64,000 nt of DNA from Octopus vulgaris (taxonomy: Eukaryota). The notes beneath the pieces were generated by a model that worked only from the letters and a program-made list of their open reading frames with translations, had not been told where the DNA came from and did not search any database. Positions 53,961 through 64,000 of this stretch are shown here, piece after piece; positions within the stretch are counted from its first letter, which is position 1, and the number at the start of each line of letters is the position of its first letter. The DNA is taken from positions 53,320,001-53,384,000 of the forward strand of contig OX597819.1 of NCBI GenBank assembly GCA_951406725.2, in the 5' to 3' direction. The translations under genes and the position numbers were made by a program.

Positions 53961-56852
53961 TTATTTATTATCATTAACGACTAAAACGAGGGTGACTATA
54001 ATTACCCTAATGAAGGAGAAGATTACTGAACCAGACTGAATGCATAAAAGTATAATCTTTCATTCAAAGTCCATTTTCATCCCTATGGAATCAATAAATT
54101 AAATATCAGTTTATTTGATAGATTATAACCGTCTTCTTCAAATAGTAGTGTTATGCATGTGCAAGGAACAATTCTCACCACCAGCACCACCTCTCCAAAC
54201 CAGCATCAATAATATCAGACACTAATGACACCGCCTCTAATAACAACACAAGCTAATGCAAGAGCCCCAACATGGTTTGTTCATCATCATCATTATTGTT
54301 TTAATGCCCACTATTCCATGAATTCATGGGTCAGATGAAGTTTATTGGAGCAGATTTTCTATGACCAGATGCCCTTCATGTCGACAACCCACAAGCAAAG
54401 TAATATTTCCCCATGGAAAGACATATTTGCACTGAATATTTTGAAATGACACTCCTCGTATGGGAGTGGCATACATTTGCAATTAACAGACATCAAAACA
54501 AGGATGGACACACATGATAGTCTTCTTTCAGCTTCTGTCAACCAAATATACTCACATGGTCTGGGGTTATAGTAAAAGACACTTGCCTAAGGTGGCACAC
54601 AGTGGGACTGGACACATAACCTTGTGGTTGGAAAGCAAATTTCTTAACCACATAACCAAACCATTTTCTAACACCTTAGGGACATATTTAGATAACATAG
54701 TTCAGAGTATACCATGTATGAATAGAAGACTGCAGGGTAGTCAGAGCTAAAACACCTTCAATCATAGATCTATTCAATTAAGGTTGGACTGAGGTTAAAC
54801 AACAGCTATATAAAACAAGTATTTCACCTTTTCGTGGTAAATTCCACAATCCTTGAATCATAGAGAATAACTGCAGTCTGTATCTTCTTCATATTGTCTA
54901 CCTAGAGGAAATCAGCACACTAGAGCATCCTCCTCTTCAGGATATATCAATAGATTGACAGAGGATGTTGAAGTCAAAACTACCACTTGCCAAATTTGAC
55001 AAAACTAACATTGTTACAATGTTCTGAGCCATTCCTATTCTCTGAACTTATCTTACAGTTGCACAAACAAGGAAATTTTATATTTGAAAACCATAGCCTC
55101 AAACTCAACAATGCACTAGCAACAAGATATAGATTACTAGTCTTTTGAATAATTATTTTCTCATATCATTCCCATGATCGAAAGATTCGACCATTATTTT
55201 TGTGCATCAGTAACTAAAGGTATGACTGCATGATTAAGAAACTTGCTTCTCAACCGCATATTTTTAGGCTCAGTCCCACTGCATAGCACCTTAGGCAAGC
55301 TGACCAAAACATTGCATGTGGATTTGTTTGACAGAACCTGGAGAAAGCGGGGGACACACAAACAAACACATACATACACGTGTGAGTGAGTATGTATGTG
55401 CTACCTTGTCTTGAATGACAGTTGTAAATGAGTGTCACTGTTTATACAGGCCGGATCATTCATTTCCAGTCTTCTCTGAAAATATGTCTGGCCAAGGGGA
55501 AATATTCTTTGCTTAAGAACAGATGAAGGTTAGCAACGGAAAGGGCATCTGGCTACAGAAAATCTAACTCAAGCTCTATCCAACCCATGCGAGCACAAAA
55601 GTGTGGACATCAAAATGATAATGAACTAACAATGGAAAAAACGTGATGCATATCAGCTTCAAATTGATTGAAGAACAGTAGACCCAAATAATTAAAAAGA
55701 TATCAGAAGAGTTCAAGCAGAATGCAGCAGAATGCAGTATGGGGTAACAAAAGTAGCGGGTGGAATTAGCCTAATGTGGTTGGCTGAAAACAATGTAGGC
55801 AGCATCAACATCAAACTTTCTCCACTCCCTTTGAATTCAAGATGTTTGTATAGTGAAGGGTAGTGGCTAACAGATCCAACTATCCAACACTAATTGTTCA
55901 TATACTCATTAAGCAAATTATAGGAAGGGAGCACTAATCTTAAAGTTGGACATCTGGAGGGAAGAAATCATTTGAGAGCCACCATTAATTTTTTAAAACA
56001 CTAAAACTTGTAAACACAGGAAACATTGAGAAAAAAAAACACTTAAAGTGGGTGGCAATGAATAAACCTACTTATGATATCTAAGAGAAAGCTAAGGAGG
56101 ATAGAAAAAAAAATGAGACATCTTCAACAGACTGGTATTGATTAATAAGCCGGCATAATCAGATTTATTATGAATTGATCCAAAGATTATAAGGACTTTA
56201 ATAGGTTGTTCAGAATCTACTTTTCATTCCAATAGCTATATTCTGGATAGATAAATCCTATGAATTTATCTATCCAAAATATTAACTGTAAAGTATATTA
56301 GAGTATCTCCCATTCAAGCAATATAGCTCTCTCTCTCTCTCTCTCCACGCGTGCATGCATCTTCTGAGAATTTTGAGCTGTTTTAGATTTCTCTCCTAAA
56401 TCCTTTTGGCAAATGTTGGCCAGATCTATAATATTGATTTCTCCCAATTATCTGCCCTTAGATGATTTATGCTGTGAGCTGTAAATCTCTCAGATTACAT
56501 CTAATAAACACAACCAAATCCGACTGTGAGGCATTTTCCTGTTTCATCAGAACCTTACACTCACTAAATTACATCACCAAACTTCTGCAGCCACCCTTTA
56601 CACTCACAGGTACAAAGATAATTGTTTCTTCACGTACTCAGCCTAGAGTACTGCAGGCCCTTCAAGAATGGACTGCATCAGAAAGTATTATATATAGGCA
56701 GAATAAATCCTGATGCTTCATAGCTGAGCAAAGCAAATCACTCTTCCTTTTCACCTACTTTAGAAGGTTAAAAAAATTTACCAGAAAGAGTAAAGTCAAT
56801 TATAATTAATAATTTATTGTATCTTTCATATTTTTACACACACACACGATTC

Positions 56853-56901
56853 ATTGTATAGGGTGGCCTAACTCTTCAAAATTTAGGCCACCCTATACAA
56901 T
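56853..56901. repeat. Perfect 19-bp inverted repeat with 11-nt loop; probably a collapsed Tc1/mariner-type mini-element
   Basis: attgtatagggtggcctaa ... ttaggccaccctatacaat. Confidence 0.8.
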
Positions 56902-56966
56902 TCAAGATATTTCGAATCTTTCATTAAAACTGTTTCAATGATCTTAATAAAACAAAGCATCTAAAC

Positions 56967-57546
56967 CAGGCCTGGCCAACTCCAATTACATTGTGGGCCA
57001 CTTTAATCACAGAAAGTTTGTATACTTCATTACCGAATCAAGAATTTTTCATACTTTTTGTTTGTTTAAAATCATAAAATCATAGGCAATTGCTTTATTG
57101 CCACTCATAAATTTCAAACTTATTTTGAAACAAATGTTTTACACAAACAATTTTATTTTAAAATTAAACGCAATACTTCAAGAAGGTACATTATTTACAT
57201 TCGAAGGATATTTGTCCTCATCTTGTTTGTTGTTAACACAACGTTTTGGCTGATATACCCTCCAGCTTCTTCGAGTGTCTTGGAGTAATAACCTTAGGAA
57301 TGAAAACCCAGGTTCGAAATTTCCCCAAAACACCTGAAGAAGGTTGGAGGGTATATCAGCCGAAATGTTGTGTTAACAACAAACAAGATGAGGACAAATA
57401 TCTGTCGAATGTAAGTAATGTAAATAATGTACATAATTCCTCATCTCTTAAATATAGAACTGTATTCCAAGAAGGTATCAAGCAGACTGCAAGATAAAAG
57501 TCTGCAGGCTGCATGCAGCTCGTGGGCCTCAAGTTGGCCAGCCTTG
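56967..57546. mobile_element. hAT-type MITE containing a nested inverted-repeat element
   Basis: TIRs CAGGCCTGGCCAACT / AGTTGGCCAGCCTTG; TSD atctaaac/atgtaaac. Confidence 0.7.
57186..57460. mobile_element. Penelope-like inverted pseudo-LTR remnant with degenerate minimal hammerhead ribozyme cores
   Basis: ~100-bp inverted arms; ACAC-CTGAAGA-stemII-GAAA-tGTT-GTGT at 57330-57372. Confidence 0.6.
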
Positions 57547-59394
57547 ATGTAAACAGACAAGAATATAGGCATTATAGGAAAATGGAAATTAAACATTGTT
57601 CAGATACTGAGCCTTGATCCATCAGATTCATGCAAGTGTGGGAATATGGTCATTAAAAGTCATCATCATCATTAGCATATCAACAGAAAGACTCTCCTCT
57701 GATAAAATCTGAACTGTTTTTCTATTGCCAGCAATGGGACTAATTCCAAGCTATTATCAACTTTCATAAAACTTTCCTGATGTCATCATTAACCTTACTT
57801 CCTCAATCTTCCATAAATTTTACTCTTAATTCAAGAATTTCTAAGGAGAACAAAGAAGACTACTTTTGTACAACATATTAACCTATTAGCATTCAGATTT
57901 CTTTGTCAAATGTAATGCATATTTCGCCACATTATCTTGAGTTAATCCTACATTTTCTTGTAGCTTCAAGATTCCAATGATGTGATTATATATTTTTCGA
58001 ATAACATTGTGGGAAAGGTGTGAGAGGTCAGTTTTAGCCAATATGAACATAAAACAGTTGGAATATTTGGGCCAGATATGGTCAGTTTAAATGCTAAAGT
58101 GTAAAAGTTACCTTCCATACAGTAGCAGTCACCAACCATGTATTTCATCGCCAGCCAGTAGCAGTTTTACACAGTAGCAGTTAAAAGCCACTAATTCCAT
58201 CACATGACCTGAACAAGCCAGTGAGCATGAGCCTCAATCATCAGCCAATGAAAACCAGCCATATTGAGAAAGAAAGCACCCACATGATCTGGAGGATTTT
58301 TTTTTTTTTTCTTTTGTATTTCCCTTCTATGAATCTTTAAATAATGTGACACACAACACACATATATACACATAAGACACCTGTGCTTGTCCCTCTGTCA
58401 TACTTTAGCCTTTCAATACCAGACATACAGCCATTAACTTTCCCTCCCAAATACTTCTTAGTAGTAGGAACTCCGCCTTTTCTGTTCTTTTCTATCTTGC
58501 AAGTTACATAGCAACCTCACAAGTGCCAGTGGCACAAAAATAGCACCTAATACAATCTGTAAAGTGAGTGGCACCAGGAAGGGCATTAAGCCATAGAAAC
58601 TATGCCAATACAACCCTGCAGCTTGCCATTTCCCAGGCAAACAGTCCTATCCATACCAGCATGGAAAACAGACAACAAATGATGTTTGATGATGTATACA
58701 GAGATGCATATACATGTATACATATACATGAATACATATACACACAAATGTACATACACAAATACATAAACACACTCATACAAATATGTATATATACATT
58801 TAACCACACATATTTATACTCGCATAGAAACATAGTACACGATTCATTAATACCTATAAACAAAGCACGGAAATGTATACACATACATGATCACATCCAC
58901 ATACACATGTACACACACAAAACACATGCATGTACATGCACAAACACACACACATGAAATAAAAAACAAATTTTTGCAAAAAGCAAAACAGATTTCCATC
59001 AATAAATTTCAAATAGCCAGAGATTTAACCAAGTTTACTGGCCATTAATTAATTCACAAGAAGTAATTGAAAAGTTGTCACATTTATAGGCCACTCCGCA
59101 TAAATAAAGAAATTATTCCATAATATCCGTTATTGGAAGAAAAAGAAGGAAAAGTTGAAACAAAGTATTTACAAAATAATAATTAAACACTAAAAAGAAA
59201 AAAACAAAAGAAAACAATGGGCAACAACAACCACAAGGCAAGTAAAATTTAGGCTGGCCAATAGCAAAGAGAGAATCAGTGCTGAATCTGCTTGGTGTAT
59301 TTTTGAATAGATTTGAAATTGTGAAAAATTTTAAATAAAATCTCCCAAAAAAGGAAAAGTGAACTATATGTGTGTCCATATCTATATATGTTCT

Positions 59395-59449
<55 letters not shown>

Positions 59450-59842
59450 CATACATACATATACACACACATATATATATATATAGAGAGAGAGAGAGAA
59501 AGAGAGAGATTGAAAAATTAAATTGCTAGACTTCTCATTTCTATTTATTTCAATTAAACAGAAAATCAATTATTCCAAATGTCAGATTTCAAAGATTTCT
59601 ATTCCACCCGCCTTTACCTCTCATGCCCAACCAACTATCACCACAATATGCACCACCACCTCTTACCGCCACCACAAACTGCCACCTCCGTTCTCTATTG
59701 CTTTTGTATTAGGTTTTCGGTTTTTTTTTCTTTGTTTTGTTATATTTGTTTGGAGGGTTTTTTATCTTTTTATTTTTCACCCCACCACCACCCCCACCAC
59801 CACCACCATTCCTCATTTCTGTCTTTGCTAATAATTATTATT

Positions 59843-59925
59843 TTAATTCTGTACTTTTATATAACATGGGTTTGTACAATTGTTTGTTTCATTTGTTTGG
59901 ACGTTGTCTCGTAAAATTTTAATTA
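59843..59925 (-). CDS. Candidate terminal exon, phase 1: (V)IKILRDNVQTNETNNCTNPCYIKVQN*
   Basis: Acceptor tcttttgcgtttcatactaag; CpG-containing. Confidence 0.35.
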
Positions 59926-61299
59926 CTTAGTATGAAACGCAAAAGACTATATGTAATATCACTAACACCACCATTGTTGCCATCAACACAGGCAGCTACC
60001 AACACAAACACAACCACCACAACAACAACCACCATCACCACCACCACCACCACCACCACCACAAGTAATAAAGTAATTAGCAAACATGGTCATTTAAACT
60101 TGCTAGAAATAACTGCCAAATTTCTCTCTAATCACATTCTAATTTTATTAAAAAAAAAGTACGAAATGACTTATCGGAAATATAGTACTAGATACTCTAT
60201 AAACAACATAAAAAAAGATTGCATAACATTTTTGGGAGGTTTTTTTTAATCTTTGCATGAAGTTGGAAGGTGGTGCCCATGGCCCTTCAAAAGTCCTCCA
60301 AGAATGGTGGGAATAGGAAGAATATATCCTCAAACTAGAGACCAGGCTCAAATGTTTGCAACAGAATGGACTTTGCTGAAGGCACCGAAAGTGCCAGCTA
60401 CTGGCATTAAACTAGAGGACAAATTAACCCTTTAGCATTTAAACTGACCATATCCGGTCCACTCCGCATATTTTATTTGTTTTATGTTCAAACTGGTCAG
60501 ATCTGGTTTCTCACACCTACCCTAGAATGTCGTTCTAAAAGTAAACATTCACATCATCAAAATCTTGCACGATTAATGCCAAATAATGAATAAATAAGCA
60601 TTACATTCGACAGAGTAATTTGAATGGTAAAGGGTTCAGTCTACCACCCATGTAAGCCATAACAGAATTTGAACACAGCTTGTAAAGAGCTAGAAGAAAT
60701 ACTGCAAGGTGTCTGGTTCAACATCCTTACAGTTCCACCAGTTCACCATCATAGAGTGTCATGGTCAACATTGCATTTAGGAAATGCTGACCTCAGCAGA
60801 ATTTGAACTCAGAATTCAGGGAGTCAAAACAAATAATGCGAAGCATTCTCTCCTATGCTCAAATGACTCAGCCAATTCACTTTTAGTCTGTTCAATGAAG
60901 GCCAGCCTAAGGCTAAAACACAACATACCAACACATCATTATAACTACCATCACAGTTATCAGAAACAACATCACCACCACTAACTACTAACAAGCAATT
61001 AAATCTTCCTCAAACGACATCTTACTGGTTTATGAATAAAGAGGCATGTTGAAATAATGTAGTCTCACATACACTGTGTCAGAAAAAATATGAAGATATT
61101 ACTGGCTGGAATGTCTAACTGTTGATTAACTCAAACAACAGTCATAAGTGGCCATGTTGGGGACAAGATAATGAAGACCACAGTAATGATGTTACGGATG
61201 ACAGAAATAAGGGATATAACACGGGAGTCAAATAGATGATGGAAATGGACAATAAGAGAACATTTGGCTGCAGTGGCGGAAGACAAGTGTGACAAAGAT

Positions 61300-61822
61300 A
61301 ATGTGGAGGGATGGAAGATAGCACAGAGATGCAATTAGTATGCAGGAAGGTGGAGATAATGTAGCAGATGAAGGAGTTATGGAGAAGAGCAGGGTTAAAG
61401 CATGAGAGAAGATTGAAAAACTGAGAAGGGCAGGAAAGATGGAAACAAAGAGGGCAATAGAGATGATAAAGAGACAAAATGAAACAATTAAAGAAAATTA
61501 TTATAAACTGGATAAAAGAGGAATCAGTTCAGTGTTGTGCACGTGACAGGGTTGAGCTGGTACAGAGATGTGATGCAGATGAAGGTGACAAGTGAACAAA
61601 GAAGAGTCAAGCAAATCAGGTGGAAGGAGAAAACGGTGAAAGAGAAAGACTGAAAAGGTACAGGAAGAAGCAGTGGAAACTATACTCAATAAGCTAAACC
61701 TCACAAAGGAGATGCAAATGACTGCAACAGGTGGTGAACTCCTAGACAAAAGAAGACCCATACAACCCATGCAAGCATGGGGAAAATGAAACCAATGTAG
61801 AAATGATGATGATGATGATGAT
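61300..61822 (+). mobile_element. Degraded RTE-clade LINE 3' end with (GAT)n tail
   Basis: Remnants of RLRWYGHVMRM...GRP...W-like coding; tail aacccatgcaagcatgg...gatgatgat shared with SINE families B and C. Confidence 0.6.
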
Positions 61823-62235
61823 AACATAAAGAACAACAGCAAAATGCTTTCCAATAAACTGTATTTAATAAAACGTACTTTCTCTTTCTCTAGAACCATA
61901 TTTTTGTAATATATATTGAATGAAATAGACATGAAATCTATAATGAGGTATGTGCATGTGTATCTGTGTCTGTGTATCTATGTTCAGGTATGTGTAATTA
62001 AAGAGAGAAATTATTCTATTAAATTAATTTCAGATTCAACAGCTTGACTAACTACTAAGAAAAACAAGTGGAGCATAGGTTTGTAAGAGGGCTTTTATTG
62101 CTGTTCTTTTATTAGTAGTAGTAGTATTAGAAGTAGTAGTATTGCGTGTCATGACCTGCGTAACCCAGGCAATCATCATCAGGACTATCATCATCGTCAT
62201 CATCATCGATAAGGTAAGCTATATAGGCTTTTGAA

Positions 62236-62297
62236 CTATGGAAGTAAAAAGCTTTCATAACGAAAAAGAATAGACCTTTGCCATATATCAAAGTCAG
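62236..62297 (-). CDS. Candidate terminal exon, phase 1: (A)DFDIWQRSILFRYESFLLP*; phase 0 is open to 62127 with a poly-Asp tail
   Basis: ~140-nt AG-free zone; SIL.RYE motif. Confidence 0.55.
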
Positions 62298-62548
62298 CTA
62301 TAATTCCGAATTACAATCATTAAAAGAATTCAGCCATTTAATAATTAAAATATTCCGACAAAGAACATTTGGGGGAAAAAATAATAAATAAATGAATAAA
62401 ATGTTCAAATGTTCATTAATTTAAAAGTGTCAACATAACTAAATCAAAATTAAAAATCTAATTTTCATTAGTTAACAAAAAGGAAAATTAAGCAACAGAA
62501 AAAAGAAAACAGATAAAAATAATAATAATAAATAAATAAAATCCAATA

Positions 62549-62661
62549 TCAACAATGAGAAACAAGCAAGCAAAAGTCAAATACATAGCTATAGATTAGT
62601 CTTGCGCAAGCAGCTCTGTTGCTAGAAAGTTCTTCACTATATTCAATATTTAAATCAACTT
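62549..62661 (-). CDS. Candidate terminal exon, phase 1: (E)VDLNIEYSEELSSNRAACARLIYSYVFDFCLLVSHC*
   Basis: Acceptor cattatcttgtgatcaatttag; 37 codons including the stop. Confidence 0.5.
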
Positions 62662-62694
62662 CTAAATTGATCACAAGATAATGACAGGAATGAC

Positions 62695-62730
<36 letters not shown>

Positions 62731-63016
62731 TATATATACATACATATTATATACATATATATACATACATACATACATACACATATATACATACATACAT
62801 ATATATACATATATATACATACATACATATATATACATACATACATACATATATATACATACATACATATATATACATATATATACATACATACATATAT
62901 ATACATATATATACATACATACATATATATACATACATACATATATATACATATATATACATACATACATATATATACATATATATACATACATACATAT
63001 ATATACATATATATAC

Positions 63017-63050
<34 letters not shown>

Positions 63051-63390
63051 ATATACATGCATATACATGCACATACATACATATACATATACATGCACAT
63101 ACATACATACATATACATGCACATACATACACATATACATGCACATAGATACATATATATATATATATACAATGTATATATACACATACATATATATATA
63201 TACATATATGTATGTGTATACATATACACATACATGCATATATATATATATATATATATACACACCACATACATACATATACATATATACATATACACAC
63301 ACACATACATACATATATACACACACAAACATAGATATATATACACACACACATATATATATTCATAAATACATATGCACACACATACAA
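62695..63390. repeat. Compound (TA)/(TACA)/(CA) microsatellite
   Basis: Seen directly. Confidence 0.9.
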
Positions 63391-63765
63391 TACATCATGT
63401 GAGACAAGAGTTATTTTTAAAGTGAAACAAAGAAAAGTAACAATATTTAACCCTTTGCTTCACAAAGACGTGTGTATGTGTGTGTGCATGTATGTATGTA
63501 TGTATGTATGTATGTATGTATGTATTTATGTATGTAAATCTTAATAATCAATTTTTGCATCTAAGAATGAAGATCTATGATAAATGTTATATCTCAGATT
63601 AAATGTTATCTTCTAATAAGTTCTTTCATCTACAATTTCAACATCAAGCTGTTTACTTCTTCCCTCACACATATAGCAACCCCATGTAGGATAACCACAT
63701 GCTATACTCCTTTGGTCTAGAGAGAGAAACTTTTGTCAAATTCATGAAGGAGCTAGAAACCCCTT

Positions 63766-64000
63766 CCAGTTTGGAACCCCTATCTTGCACAGAACATTGA
63801 CCTCCTGGAATCTGTCCAGAGACGTGCAACCAAACGCATACCCTCCATCAGACACCTACCATATTCTGAGCGCCTTGTTTCCCTGGGCATGGATTCACTG
63901 AAGCTCCGGCGTTTGGCGACGGACTTGGTAAACACCCACAAAGTTATCAACCACCTCACCAACAACAACACTGAACACCTTTTTGATCTCCATGTGTCTA
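63766..64000 (+). mobile_element. 5'-truncated CR1/L2-clade LINE, ORF2 C-terminal part; runs off the window
   Basis: PVWNPYLAQNIDLLESVQRRATKRIPSIRHLPYSERLVSLGMDSLKLRRLATDL, typical of the post-RT region of CR1-like LINEs. Confidence 0.85.

Noticed and set aside
63780-63971. Minus-strand 63-aa ORF
   Set aside because: Antisense shadow of the plus-strand LINE ORF2.
1-64000. Naming the host gene (PMCA, TCF/pangolin, complexin, tropomyosin, kinesin light chain and QKI were considered)
   Set aside because: None of their diagnostic C-terminal motifs is present, and the constant exons are outside the window.
1-64000. AATAAA poly(A) signals after candidate terminal exons
   Set aside because: Ubiquitous in this AT-rich DNA, so uninformative without 3'-end data.

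Overview
AT-rich, microsatellite- and SINE-dense eukaryotic DNA. The repeat families resemble those of Octopus (coleoid cephalopod) genomes; this is an inference from recalled repeat motifs. There is no long ORF, and nearly all track ORFs are microsatellite or SINE artefacts. Reading the minus strand for splice signals reveals more than 20 strong 3' splice acceptors between ~0.6 and ~62.7 kb. Many have long AG-free zones and distant branch points, and most open in phase 1 into a short peptide ending at a stop. Several peptides share an (S/A)IL(K/F)(H/R)(F/Y)(E/R) motif. There are also clear 10- and 15-nt microexons and AG|GT (recursive-type) junctions. The simplest reading is the 3' part of one large minus-strand gene, with its constant exon(s) upstream of position 64000, carrying a tandem array of alternative C-terminal exons. 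The gene could not be identified. The rest is TE debris: several SINE families, TTAA and hAT MITEs (some nested), a degraded STPR/Helitron-like ORF, RTE and CR1/L2 LINE 3' fragments, and a Penelope-type inverted repeat with degenerate hammerhead cores. Coordinates and translations were read by eye. The first residue of each phase-1 peptide assumes an upstream G.
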